From an uncultured Acidobacteriaceae bacterium (GTDB taxonomy: Bacteria; Acidobacteriota; Terriglobia; Terriglobales; Acidobacteriaceae), in assembly GCA_963821115.1 (NCBI GenBank), contig CAWGCH010000001.1:27485-91484 (forward strand): a stretch of DNA of 64,000 nucleotides, written 5' to 3'. The position numbers were made by a program, and so were the translations under genes. Numbering within the stretch: the stretch's first letter is position 1; each line of letters opens with the position of its first letter. The notes beneath the pieces are model-generated. The model saw only the letters and a program-made list of their open reading frames with translations. It had not been told where the DNA came from and did no database searches. Below, piece after piece: positions 1 through 10,728 of this stretch.

Positions 1-2869
1 GGCGCGATCGCGGTTGCCGACTCCGACCCCAACATCGTCTACGCGGGCATGGGCGAGGGAGACATCCGCGGCAACGCCTCGCACGGCGACGGGGTCTACA
101 AGTCCACCGACGCCGGCCATACCTGGACGCACATGGGCCTGACGGACACGCAGCAGATTGGCGCGCTGCAGATCGATCCGAAGAATCCCGACATTGTGTT
201 ATGTGGCCGCGCTGGGTCACATGGCCGGCCCTAATGAGGAGCGTGGAGTCTATCGCACGCTGGATGGCGGCAAGACCTGGAAGAAAGTTCTGTTCAAGAG
301 CAATGTCGCGGGCGCAGTGGACGTCGCCATCGATCCGCTCAATTCCAATGATCGTGTATGCAGCCATTCTGGCAGGTCATTCGCAAGCCCTGGACGTTCG
401 AGAGCGGCGGCCCCGATAGCGGCGTGTATAAGTCGACCGACGGCGGTGACACCTGGAAGGAAATCACCAGCAATCCCGGCCTGCCCAAGGGCGTGATCGG
501 CCGGATCGGCATCGCGGTCTCTCCGGTCAAGTCAGGCAGCGTGTGGCTGAACGTGGAGGCCGAAGATGGCGGCGTCTTCCACAGCGATGACGGCGGAGCG
601 ACGTGGACCAAGGTGAACGACGAGCGCGAAGATCAGGCAACGGGCGTGGTATTACTCGCGCATCTTCGCCGATCCGAAAAGCGCCGACACCGTCTACGCC
701 GTGAACACCAGCTTCTACAAGTCGACCGACGGCGGCCGCACCTTCAAGGCGATTCCGACGCCACATGGCGACAATCACGATCTCTGGATCGCGAACGAAC
801 GATCCCGAGCGGATGATCGAGAGCAACGACGGCGGCGCGAATGTCTCCTTCAACGGCGGCGCAGAGCTGGAGCACGGTGATGAACCAGCCGACCGGCCAG
901 TTCTATCGTGTGACGCTCGACCAGGATTTTCCGTACAACATCTACGGCGCGCAGCAGGACAACTCGACCGTCGAGACTGTCGAGCCGGGGAAACAGCGGC
1001 TCCATCACCGAGTCCGACTGGCATGACGTTGGCGGCGGCGAAAGCGGATGGATCGCGCCCGATCCGACCAACTCGGAATTCGTCTATGCCGGATCGTACG
1101 ACGGGCTGCTGACCCGCTACGACAACCGTACTGGAAGCCTGCGCGACGTTACGGTATGGCCCGACAACCCCATGGGCTCCGGCGACGAGGTGATGAAGTA
1201 TCGCTTCCAGTGGAACTGGCCGCTGTTGTTCTCGCCGCACGATCCCGAAGCTGCTGTACGCGGGCAGCAACGTGCTGCTGGGCACGCGCGACGAGGGCCA
1301 GCACTGGCAGGTGATGAGCCCCGACCTGACGCGAAACGACAAATCCAAGCAGGGTCCGGTCGGCGGCCCGATCACCAAGGACAATACGGCCGTCGAATAC
1401 TACGACACGATCTTCACCATCGACGAGTCTCCGGTGAAGCAGGGCGTGATCTGGGTCGGCTCCGACGACGGCCTCATCCATCTCACGCGGACGGCGGAAA
1501 GAACTGGGCGGACGTCACTCCCAAGGATTTTCCGGAGTGGATCCGCGTGAACTGCATCGCGGCCTCGCCATTCGATCCGGGGACCGCCTATGTCGCCGCC
1601 ACCATGTACCTCTCCGACGACTTCCGGCCCTTCCTGTACAAGACGACCGACTACGGCAAGACCTGGACGAAGATTGTCAACGGGATTCCGGCGGATGACT
1701 TCACCCGCACCATTCGCCCCGACCCGAACAGCAAAGGGCTCTTGTTCGCCGGAACCGAAGCGCACCTCTACGTCTCTTACGACGACGGCGACAAGTGGAT
1801 TCCATTCCAGCTGAACCTGCCCAACGTCCCCATCACCGACATCGCCTTCCAGAAGCGCGAGGACGAGATGGTCGTCGCCACGCAGGGACGCGGATTCTAT
1901 GTCCTGGGCGATCTTCCCCTGGTACGGGCTCTGGCGGGCAAGACGCCGCAGGAGGACGTTGCCCTCTTTGCCCCAAAGAAGACATATCGCTACTCAGGCG
2001 GCAGAGGGGGCTTTCGCACACCGCCCAACACGGGGCAGAATCCTCCGAGCGGCGTGGAGGTTTACTACCGGCTGAAGAGCAAGCCTGAAGCGGACGTGAA
2101 GCTGCGCTTTCTCGACGCCGACGGCAAGCTGATCCGCGAATTCACCTCCAAGGCGGAGAAGCCTGAGGAGGGCGGCGATCCGGAGGAGAGAAGGCCGGCG
2201 CCGAAGCTGCCTGCCAAGGAAGGCATGAACCGCTTTGTCTGGGACATGCGTTACTCGGATACGACGAAGTTCCCTGGCCTGATCTTCTGGGCCGGCGGCC
2301 TGGAAGGTCCTGAGGTGATCCCCGGCACCTATACGGTTGAGTTGACGGCGAATGGAAAGACCGAGAGCCGCAAGTTCGAGATCGTGAAGGACCCCCGAGC
2401 GCCGACCACGCCCGATGACTTCAAGAAGCAGCTCGACCTGGCTCTGCAGATCCAGTCGAGGGTCTCGCTAGCCAACCAGGCTGTTCTCGACATCCGGCAA
2501 GCCAGGAGCCAGCTCGAGCCCTATACGAAGCAGAGCAACGCCGATGTCGCCGCCGCGGCCAAGAAAATCACAGCCTCGTTGACAGCAGTGGAAGAGGCCA
2601 TCTACCAGACCAAGTTGAAGGCCGGTGAGGACGCCTTGAACTTCCCGATCAAGCTGAACAATAAGCTGGCGGCTCTGCAATCGACGGTGATGGATAACGA
2701 CATCGCACCGACGGCGCAGAGTTACGAAGTCTTCAAGGAGCTCAACGCGCAACTGCAGGTACAGCTCGACAAGCTGGATCAGATCAAGCATCAGGACATC
2801 GATGGATTCAATAAGCTGGTCCGGGATAAAAACGTACCAGCGGTCACCTTCACCAGCGCCAAGTCGTAA
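1..2869 (+). CDS. BNR/Asp-box repeat (VPS10/sortilin-like, GH74-like) beta-propeller protein; 5' end outside the window; multiple frameshifts in 1-1490
   Basis: Repeated S/T-x-D-G-G-x-T-W motifs ([45 protein letters not shown]) are spread over several frames and are colinear with the intact paralog at 4946-8287. The frame is open from ~1490 to the stop at 2869. Confidence 0.85.
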
Positions 2870-2941
2870 GCGGGAGAAACAGATCGCGCGTGCGGATGCG
2901 GTCTGAGCATTGCAGAATCACGGTCGCTGTGACGTGCCGTG

Positions 2942-3003
2942 GAAGAATCCCGACGATGCGTCAACGCATCGTCGGGATTCTTCGCTGTGCTCAGAATGAC
3001 GGC
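2942..3003. repeat. REP-like palindromic element: perfect 19-bp-stem hairpin followed by a GATTCTTCGC...CTCAGAATGAC motif
   Basis: GAAGAATCCCGACGATGCG-TCAA-CGCATCGTCGGGATTCTTC at 2942-2983, then GCTGTGCTCAGAATGACGGC. Lies between convergent genes. Confidence 0.7.
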
Positions 3004-3023
3004 GCGCTTACCCCGTCTTTGCA

Positions 3024-4577
3024 TTAGCGGGCAGTCGCGTCGAAGAAAGCGTCTACATCTTTCTTCAACTTGTCCAGGGATGGCTGATCGATGTAGACCA
3101 TGTGTCCAGCCTTGAAGTAATCGTGCGAGATGTTCTTGTGGGCGTCTGCCGTCAGGCCCATGTGATTCAGCGTGTACTCGATGCCGAAGTACGGCGTTGC
3201 CGCGTCGTAGTAGCCCTCGGCGATGAAGACGTGCATGTAGGGGTTCTTGGCGAAGGCGTGGCGCATCATCTCGCTGGTGTCAGGAAATCCGCGCCCATTA
3301 CCCGGATACTCCCACCGTCCGATTCCACCGCCGAGCACCCAGTAATTGAGATCGGTTTCGTACCCCAGCTCCTGCTTCACGTAGTCGCCGAAGACCGAAG
3401 TATATGGGGGACGAATCGCGGCTTCGCTTGGATCGTAGTCGGTCGACTGCTGGGTTCCCGACTCGTTGACTCCCACGAAGCGGCCGTCGAGCCGGCCGAT
3501 GGTCTTCTCGTCGTCGCGCATCAGCTCCGCGTCGAAGTGCGAAAGGTCGATGCGCAGGTTGCTGCGATCGATATATTGCTTGCTCAGTCCGGTATAGCGG
3601 GCGAGATGGTCGATGGCCGACTGGCGCTCGGCGGGCGTCAGCGAATCGCCCTTCTGCAGGATCACCGGATACTCGGTCGTGTCCCACTCTTCGACCTCCT
3701 TCTTCAGCGCATCGATATGGTCGTTCAGGTCGGGCGCGAGCTTGTGATGGTAGGCTGCGGTCATGGCATAGGTGGGCAGAAAGACAATGTAAGGCAGATC
3801 GTTGCCGGTAGCGAAACCCGTCGTCTGGAAATTGAGGATGCTGGAGATCAGCACGATCCCATTGAGGGCGATGCCGCGATCGATCAGCCATCCGGATAGA
3901 CCGGCTGCGCGGGTGGTTCCGTAGCTCTCGCCGGCGAGGTACAGCGGCGACTGCCACCGCGAATTCTGCTGCAGGTACAACCGGATGAATTCACCGAAGG
4001 CATCGAGGTCGCCGAGCAGCCCCCAATACTTTTTGCCTGCTTCCGCAGTCAGCGCGCGGCTATAGCCGGTACCGATGGCGTCGATGAAGACCAGGTCCGT
4101 CTTGTCCAGCCAGGTATCCGGATTATCCTCCGACTGGAACGGCGGAGGCGGCATGAAGCCGTTAGGCAGCATCTTCACGCGCCTCGGACCGAACGCCCCC
4201 ATGTGCAGCCAGATGGTCGCCGAACCGGGTCCGCCGTTGAACGCGAAGGTGAGCGGACGTTTTTCTGTTGCCCCGTCGAGCGTGTAGGCGACATAGAACA
4301 TCTCGGCATCGACAACGCCTTCCGAGGTCTTGATGGGCATACGCCCGGCGGTCGCGGTGTAGTGCAGCGTCTGCCCGTGCAGGGTGATCGAGTGGTGGGT
4401 GACGACGGGCTTCTCTACAGGCGGTTGATCCTTGTGTTCGAGCGCAGCGACCGGCTCGATGCCGCCCGGCGTCGCAGCCGATGGCCCGTACTGGCTGCTG
4501 GGGCGGCTTTGCGCGAGAAGGGTTATGGCGGACGCACTCATCATCAGCGCGATCAGAATGGGATGAGCAATTTTCAC
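3024..4577 (-). CDS. Peptidase S10 (serine carboxypeptidase) family protein, secreted
   Basis: FNGGPGS motif, catalytic GESYG motif, C-terminal AGHMVY. The signal-peptide-like N-terminus favours a GTG start at 4577 (the ORF track starts at 4613). Confidence 0.9.
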   Translation of the reverse strand: MKIAHPILIALMMSASAITLLAQSRPSSQYGPSAATPGGIEPVAALEHKDQPPVEKPVVTHHSITLHGQTLHYTATAGRMPIKTSEGVVDAEMFYVAYTLDGATEKRPLTFAFNGGPGSATIWLHMGAFGPRRVKMLPNGFMPPPPFQSEDNPDTWLDKTDLVFIDAIGTGYSRALTAEAGKKYWGLLGDLDAFGEFIRLYLQQNSRWQSPLYLAGESYGTTRAAGLSGWLIDRGIALNGIVLISSILNFQTTGFATGNDLPYIVFLPTYAMTAAYHHKLAPDLNDHIDALKKEVEEWDTTEYPVILQKGDSLTPAERQSAIDHLARYTGLSKQYIDRSNLRIDLSHFDAELMRDDEKTIGRLDGRFVGVNESGTQQSTDYDPSEAAIRPPYTSVFGDYVKQELGYETDLNYWVLGGGIGRWEYPGNGRGFPDTSEMMRHAFAKNPYMHVFIAEGYYDAATPYFGIEYTLNHMGLTADAHKNISHDYFKAGHMVYIDQPSLDKLKKDVDAFFDATAR

Positions 4578-4945
4578 TTGTTCCCCCGAATAACACGTTC
4601 TTGCCGGTCGCATGTAACTTCTGCGCCGGAATCTGGTTGTGAAGAGCGCCTGAGGTGTGGCTTAACCTACGGCGCTCCGAAAAGGCGAGGAGAAACTTCC
4701 GGCATTTGGAGATAACTGGAGATGCTTCGATGCGGGCACGCGAACGCCCCGTGGTCCGGAGCGTTCCACTTATCAAGGCACGCGGTTTGGGCCAAGTCAA
4801 GAAATATTTGTATTCAAGGATGCGCACAAATACGCTTACGGAAACGTATCCACGCTGCTACACTTTGCTCACGTTGCATCCGACCGCGCTCCGGCGCATC
4901 GGGGCTTCTCCTCTCGCGCATTTCCCAAAACTTCTTCGGAGGACC

Positions 4946-7900
4946 ATGTTGAGCCGCAGACGTCTCCGTGCTTTTCGCCTTGTCAGTCTCGTGCTGCCGC
5001 TGTTTCTCTCCGCTTCCTCCCCTGCCCAGTCCGCGGGTCAGGCTTCATCTTCAGCAGCGGAATCGCCTTTTGGGGCTCTGCGCTTCCGCTATATCGGACC
5101 TCCGGGAAATCGCGTGACTTCGGTGGTCGGCGTGCCCGGGGACATGAATGTCTACTACGCCGGCGCGGCTTCCGGCGGGGTCTGGAAATCCTTCGATGCC
5201 GGGCAGCACTGGTATCCCATCTTCGACGCCGAGAGCGCGCAGTCCATCGGATCGATCGCCATCGCGCCCTCGAATCACAGCATTTTGTGGGTGGGGACCG
5301 GCGAGCCGTTTATCCGCAGCAATGTGTCGCTTGGCGACGGCATTTACAAATCGATCGATGCGGGTAAAACATGGCAACACATGGGCCTCGAAAAAACCGG
5401 CCGCATCGGCCGCATCCTCATCGACCCGCGAAATCCGGAGATCGTCTACGCCGCTGCTCTCGGCACATGCTATGGACCACAACAGGAGCGCGGCGTCTAC
5501 CGCACCACCGATGGCGGCAAGACCTGGAAGCAGGTGCTCTTCGTCGACCAGAATACGGGCGCGTATGACCTGACGATGGACCCGACCGACTCCAGTAAGA
5601 TCATCGCCGCTACCTGGCAGATCGACATCAAGACCTGGGGCCGGACCAGCGGAGGTCCGGGCAGCGGTCTCTTCATGACCACCGACGGCGGCGATACGTG
5701 GAATCGCCTCACCGGCCATGGCCTGCCTCCCTCGCCGCTGGGTAAGATCGCCGTCAGTTTCGCTCCCAGTGATTCGCGACGCGCCTATGCGCTCATCGAA
5801 ACCGGCCAGGGCGGCACGCTCTGGCGCTCGGATGACGGCGGATCGAACTGGAAAGTGGTGAACTACAGCCGGCTGCTCAATGAGCGGCCGCACTACTACA
5901 CCCGCATGCTGGTGATGCCGGATAACGAGAACGAAGTGTACTTCCCGTCCAATGGCATCAGTGTCACTTTCGACGGCGGCGAGACCAGCGATCACATGCA
6001 CTGTCCGGGCGACAATCCCGCTCCTCCGATGGTTGGGTCTGGCCGCGGAGGCGGCGGCTGCGGCGGAGACAATCATGACATGTGGGCCGATCCGACCAAC
6101 CCCAGCCGCATGATGATCGGCTCAGACGGCGGAGTACTGATCAGCACGGAACGCGGGCGCTCGTGGACGGAGATTCGCCTGCCCATCGCGCAGATGTACC
6201 ACGTCGCGACGGACAATCGCATTCCCTATATGGTCTATGGGCAGATGCAGGACGGCTCGCCGCTGCACGGACCGAGCGATGTGCCGGGGGAGTCGCACAT
6301 CAGCGCCAGCGAATGGACGACCACCGCCGGCTGCGAGACGGGATGGAACATGCCCGATCCGGTGGACAACAATATCGTGTGGGGCGGCTGCTACGCGGGT
6401 GTGACGGAGCGCTTCGACGCCAAGTCCGGCTTCTCGCGCTCGGTCAGCGTGTGGCCCGACCGAACCATGGGCGCGAATGCCGGCCAGGTCAAGATCCGGA
6501 TGAACTGGACTTATCCGATCGCCATCTCTCCGCACGACCACAACACGGTCTACGTCGGCAGCCAGTATGTGCATCGGACCACTGACGGCGGCCAGACATG
6601 GACTCGCATCAGCCCCGACCTCACGCTGAACGATGCCTCGATGCACGGCGACTCCGGCGGGCTCACGATCGACAACCTGAGCGTCGAGTACGCCGGTGTG
6701 GTCTACGCGATCGCCGAATCGCCCGTGGCTAAAGGGCAGATATGGGCCGGCACGAACGACGGCCTGGTGCAGATGACCCGCGACGGCGGCGAGCACTGGA
6801 CGAATCTCACGGCGAATATTCCCGGCCTGCCGCCGAAGATGACGGTCGACAGCATCGAGCCCTCGAAGTACGCCGCAGGCACCTGCTATGTCGCCTTCGA
6901 CGGCCACCAGGTCGACATTCGCGATCCCTATCTTTACAAGACCGCCGACTACGGCAAGAGCTGGACAAAGATTACCGATGGCATTCCGTCTTCTCCGCTG
7001 AGTTACACGCATGTGCTCCGCGAAGATCCGGTGCGGCAAGGCCTGCTCTACGCGGGCACGGAGAACGGCCTGTACATCTCCTTCGACGATGGCGTGCACT
7101 GGAAGCCATTCCAGTTGAACCTCCCGCACACGCCGGTCTACTGGCTGACTATCCAGCCGGAGTTCGATGACATGGTGGTCGGAACCTACGGCCGTGGCTT
7201 CTGGATTCTCGACGACATCTCACCGCTGCAGCACCTCAAGCCGGAAGTGGAAGAGAACGCGGACACACTGTTCCCCGTGCGCCACGCCTACCGGCTGCGT
7301 GCCGGCTCGAAGCGGGATATGGCCCCGTCCGGAGTTTCCATCGGCCAGAACCCGCCGTACGGCGTGCCGGTGAACTACTTCCTCAAGGCCAAGACCGATA
7401 AGGTGACGCTGCAGGTGTTCGATAGCGAAGGGAAACCGGTGCGCCGTCTGACCGCTACGACTCATGCCGGGATCAATCGCGCGTGGTGGAACCTGCGCTA
7501 CGAGAAGACAGTGGAGGTCGCGCTGCGGACCACGCCTCCGGGTAATCCGCACATCTGGAGCGAGAAGCGCTTTGTCGGCAAGCTGACTCGGCCCATCTTC
7601 TACTACGGTGTCGGGGGCGAGTCGACCGACGGCCCGCTGGTGCCGCCTGGCGCTTATACCGTGAAGCTTACTGTCGGCGGAAAGACGGAGAGCCAGCCAG
7701 TCGTGGTGATCAAGGATCCAAACACGCCGGCATCGTTACAGGATGCGATCGCCTCTTCCGAGCTTTCGTACCGCATCTACACCGATACGAACGTTTCGGC
7801 CCAATTGATCAACCAGATCGAATGGAGCCGCAAGCAGTTGGAGGATACGCGCAATCTGCTCACGGCGCGGGGCGCGGATAAATCGCTCTTCGATGCGACC

Positions 7901-8287
7901 GACGAGTTGAACAGGAAGTATCAGGACCAGGAAGACCTGCTCATGCACCCGACGATTGCCGAGGGCGACGAGAAGTCATTCCGTGGACCGCTCGGGTTAT
8001 ATCTCAAGTTCATCTGGCTGGGTGCGGAGGTGGGCACCGGTGGTGGAGATGTCGCGGGCAATTCGGACTTTGCGCCTACTGAGCCGGAGAAGGAAGTCTT
8101 CTCTCTGCTTGACACCCAACTTCGTGGAGTCCAATCGGCAATCGACGCTCTCGATAAGGAATCGGTGGCCGCCTACAACTCCACACTGCAGAAGGCGGGC
8201 ATCTCGCTCATCACCACGGTTCCACCGCGAGAAACGCCAGCCGAACCAAAACCCGACGAACCTCATGATGGAGATGCGCCTGATTAG
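4946..8287 (+). CDS. BNR/Asp-box repeat (VPS10-like) glycosyl-hydrolase-like beta-propeller protein, secreted
   Basis: FRYIGPPGNRV start of the mature domain and many S/TxDGGxTW repeats. An Arg-rich then hydrophobic signal follows the ATG at 4946. Confidence 0.88.
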   Translation: MLSRRRLRAFRLVSLVLPLFLSASSPAQSAGQASSSAAESPFGALRFRYIGPPGNRVTSVVGVPGDMNVYYAGAASGGVWKSFDAGQHWYPIFDAESAQSIGSIAIAPSNHSILWVGTGEPFIRSNVSLGDGIYKSIDAGKTWQHMGLEKTGRIGRILIDPRNPEIVYAAALGTCYGPQQERGVYRTTDGGKTWKQVLFVDQNTGAYDLTMDPTDSSKIIAATWQIDIKTWGRTSGGPGSGLFMTTDGGDTWNRLTGHGLPPSPLGKIAVSFAPSDSRRAYALIETGQGGTLWRSDDGGSNWKVVNYSRLLNERPHYYTRMLVMPDNENEVYFPSNGISVTFDGGETSDHMHCPGDNPAPPMVGSGRGGGGCGGDNHDMWADPTNPSRMMIGSDGGVLISTERGRSWTEIRLPIAQMYHVATDNRIPYMVYGQMQDGSPLHGPSDVPGESHISASEWTTTAGCETGWNMPDPVDNNIVWGGCYAGVTERFDAKSGFSRSVSVWPDRTMGANAGQVKIRMNWTYPIAISPHDHNTVYVGSQYVHRTTDGGQTWTRISPDLTLNDASMHGDSGGLTIDNLSVEYAGVVYAIAESPVAKGQIWAGTNDGLVQMTRDGGEHWTNLTANIPGLPPKMTVDSIEPSKYAAGTCYVAFDGHQVDIRDPYLYKTADYGKSWTKITDGIPSSPLSYTHVLREDPVRQGLLYAGTENGLYISFDDGVHWKPFQLNLPHTPVYWLTIQPEFDDMVVGTYGRGFWILDDISPLQHLKPEVEENADTLFPVRHAYRLRAGSKRDMAPSGVSIGQNPPYGVPVNYFLKAKTDKVTLQVFDSEGKPVRRLTATTHAGINRAWWNLRYEKTVEVALRTTPPGNPHIWSEKRFVGKLTRPIFYYGVGGESTDGPLVPPGAYTVKLTVGGKTESQPVVVIKDPNTPASLQDAIASSELSYRIYTDTNVSAQLINQIEWSRKQLEDTRNLLTARGADKSLFDATDELNRKYQDQEDLLMHPTIAEGDEKSFRGPLGLYLKFIWLGAEVGTGGGDVAGNSDFAPTEPEKEVFSLLDTQLRGVQSAIDALDKESVAAYNSTLQKAGISLITTVPPRETPAEPKPDEPHDGDAPD

Positions 8288-8314
8288 AGCAAAGGCAAAG
8301 ATGGTATAGGGCGG

Positions 8315-8353
8315 CGTCATTCTGAGCGAAGCGAAGGTCGTCAGAATGACGGC
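8315..8353. repeat. REP-like palindrome CGTCATTCTGA...TCAGAATGACG, same family as 2942-3003
   Basis: 11-bp inverted arms flank GCGAAGCGAAGGTCG; shares GTCATTCTGAGC-N2-AGCGAAG with the reverse complement of 2980-3000. Confidence 0.7.
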
Positions 8354-8397
8354 ACATTACAGAAACGCTGATTTTGCTTCTGGACCGAGCTAAAGAG

Positions 8398-8964
8398 ATG
8401 GACGCCATTACTCTCAGTGCGGACATCGCCCTGGCGGCGATTGCGTCCGCCACACTCAGCATCTGTTTCGGCCTGCTCATGGCTGTGCGCTACAGTCCCG
8501 TGCGCCTGTGGCCGCACCTGCGCATCGATATCTTCCGCATCCATCGCTACCTGGCCTATTTCACGCTCACGGCCATTGCCGCGCATGTTGTTGTTCTGTT
8601 GTTCGCGCACCGGGTGGTATTCCGGGTGATCGACATTCTTTTCCCCATCCACTCTCCGCTGCAGCCGCTGCAGAATACTCTGGGCGCGATCGCGCTCTAT
8701 GTGCTGCTGGTGGTTCTGGTCTCGTCATTGCTGCGGGTGCAGATCGGACGGCGCCTGTGGAAGTCGCTGCACTACCTCGTTTATCCGGCCGGTGTGCTGC
8801 TCTTCATCCACGGCGTCTTCACCGACTCGGATTTGAGAACCGGCAAGGCCGATCTCCTCGATGGAGAGAAGGTTTATGTGATGGGGTGCTTTCTGTTGGT
8901 ACTTGCGGCGTCGCTTTTTGCGCTTCGCCTTCGCCGCACACGTGCCCGCGCAAGAGCCGCGTAA
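8398..8964 (+). CDS. Ferric reductase-like transmembrane domain protein (heme b membrane subunit)
   Basis: Multiple TM helices with paired His motifs: IHRYLA...AHV and WKSLHYLVYP...IHG. Confidence 0.75.
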   Translation: MDAITLSADIALAAIASATLSICFGLLMAVRYSPVRLWPHLRIDIFRIHRYLAYFTLTAIAAHVVVLLFAHRVVFRVIDILFPIHSPLQPLQNTLGAIALYVLLVVLVSSLLRVQIGRRLWKSLHYLVYPAGVLLFIHGVFTDSDLRTGKADLLDGEKVYVMGCFLLVLAASLFALRLRRTRARARAA

Positions 8965-8994
8965 TCGACTATCCAAGTCCCGGTCAGCCAGCCA

Positions 8995-10473
8995 TCAGGC
9001 TTGTAGCACATCGCGCAGTCGCCGAACCGCACGAGGCATTTCTGCGACTGTAGTGCTTCCGAATCCGAGGATGAATCCCTGGCGCGGCTTGTCGTTCAGA
9101 TAGGACGGAGACAGAGGCCAAAGCCAGAGGCCTTCGCGCGCCGACCTGGTCGCGATCTCATTATCCTGAAGACTCTTCGTGAGCGTGACGGCCAGGTGCA
9201 TGCCGGCCTCGGAGCCATGAATTGTGAGTGCATCCCCGCACTCACTGCGAAGGTTGTCGACAAGAGCGGTCCGGCGCTGACTGTAGAGTAGCCGCATTTT
9301 GCGGATGTGACGCGCAAAATGACCCTGGCGCATGAAGTCCGTCAGTACTTCCTGAAAGAGGTATGGCGGATAGATGTCCATGGAATAGCGGACCGCCTGG
9401 AAGCGCTCGACCAGGTCCGGAGGAATGACGATATACCCCAGGCGCAGGGACGGAAAGAGAACCTTGCTGAATGTACCGATATAGATGACACGCGAATTGT
9501 TATCGAGGCCTTGCAGGGATGCGATGGGCATGCTCTCGAAGCGATACTCGCTGTCGTAGTCGTCCTCAATGATCCATGAGCCTGAGCTATGAGCCCAGTT
9601 CAGCAACTGGAGACGCCTCGAGGCGCTCATCGTCGATCCCAGCGGATACTGATGCGACGGAGTCACGTAAGCGGCTCGCGCCTTGCGGCCTCGTTTGATG
9701 CCGCCGGAGACGTCCATGCCTTCTTCATCCACCGGGACAGGTATCAGCCGGCAGCCGGCTCCGGCAAAAACATTTCTGGCGAGGCGATAGCCCGGTTCCT
9801 CCATCCACACCGAGTTTCCCGGATCGAGCAGAACGCGGGCGGTGATCTCCAGCGCCTGCTGCGAGCCCGCAACCACCATCACCTGCTGTGGGTTGCAGCG
9901 GATGGCGCGTGCCGTTCGCAGATAAGCGCAGATTGCTTCGCGAAAGCGCTGCGAGCCGAGTGGGTCGATTTGATGAAGCGCATGGATCTGCGGATTTCGG
10001 CCGTGGCGCATGACCAGGCTCGACCATACCGAAAACGGAAACTGGTCCATAGCGGGCTGGTGCACGCCGAATGCTCCCCACCCGAGTACCCATGGCGGCC
10101 GTTCGAAGCGGGGAAGAAGCAATGAGCGCTGGGCCACCGGCCGCGGCCCGGCATCGATCCCGCCGCTTGTGGCGACCGGATCGTTGCAGTCGGTCAACTG
10201 TTCGGGAAGAGAGCCTGAGACGAAGGTGCCCGCGCCGACACGGCTTTCGAAATAGCCTTCGGCGAGGAGCTGGGCATAGCCGTTGAGAACGGGAATCCGA
10301 GAGATGTGGAGTTCATCCGCCAAGGCGCGGCTCGATGGAATCCGTTGACGCGGCTGCAGATTGCCTCGGACGATGGCTGCTCGAAAAGCATCATAAATCT
10401 GCTTGTGCAGGGGGTCTGCGGCCTTGCGATCGACTGCAATGACGGGGGAGATTGCCTCAGCAACGTCGCTCAT
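8995..10473 (-). CDS. MocR/GabR family transcriptional regulator (GntR HTH plus PLP aminotransferase-like domain)
   Basis: N-terminal PSSRALADEL...GAGTFV; YVTPSHQYPLG, IIEDDYDSEYRF and GTFSKVLFPSLRLGY motifs. Confidence 0.95.
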   Translation of the reverse strand: MSDVAEAISPVIAVDRKAADPLHKQIYDAFRAAIVRGNLQPRQRIPSSRALADELHISRIPVLNGYAQLLAEGYFESRVGAGTFVSGSLPEQLTDCNDPVATSGGIDAGPRPVAQRSLLLPRFERPPWVLGWGAFGVHQPAMDQFPFSVWSSLVMRHGRNPQIHALHQIDPLGSQRFREAICAYLRTARAIRCNPQQVMVVAGSQQALEITARVLLDPGNSVWMEEPGYRLARNVFAGAGCRLIPVPVDEEGMDVSGGIKRGRKARAAYVTPSHQYPLGSTMSASRRLQLLNWAHSSGSWIIEDDYDSEYRFESMPIASLQGLDNNSRVIYIGTFSKVLFPSLRLGYIVIPPDLVERFQAVRYSMDIYPPYLFQEVLTDFMRQGHFARHIRKMRLLYSQRRTALVDNLRSECGDALTIHGSEAGMHLAVTLTKSLQDNEIATRSAREGLWLWPLSPSYLNDKPRQGFILGFGSTTVAEMPRAVRRLRDVLQA

Positions 10474-10484
10474 CAACCTATCCT

Positions 10485-10530
10485 AGTGGCTATAACAAAA
10501 TGCGTACAAGTGGTCATTGCTATCTGCCAC
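10485..10530. promoter_or_regulatory. Putative MocR operator: two direct AGTGG boxes and one inverted GCCAC box
   Basis: AGTGGC at 10485, AGTGGT at 10509 and GCCAC at 10526-10530, in the divergent intergenic region. Direct-plus-inverted layout is typical of MocR sites. Confidence 0.5.
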
Positions 10531-10728
10531 CCTGTCTGCGATATTCGATGGCGGAATTGACCCTTTGCAAAGCTCGACGCATGGATGGATCGCCAAAGTT
10601 CGCAGCGAGCGCCGGTTATTGCCTGCGATCCTTGCAATGACAGGCGCCGCAAGTGACAGGCGCGCGCGAGGTTTCGCGCTCTTGACCGCTCCTTTGAGCC
10701 GCAAATACCGGATTTTCGGGAGGAGAGC

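Noticed and set aside
4655-4945. 97-aa N-terminal extension of the BNR protein
   Set aside because: Falls in the divergent promoter region; the signal peptide begins at the ATG at 4946.
5051-7129. Long antisense ORFs (e.g. 5051-6076, 6122-7129 and similar ones opposite the RND, TonB receptor and recN genes)
   Set aside because: Expected shadow frames in high-GC coding DNA; no motifs, and they fully overlap well-supported genes.
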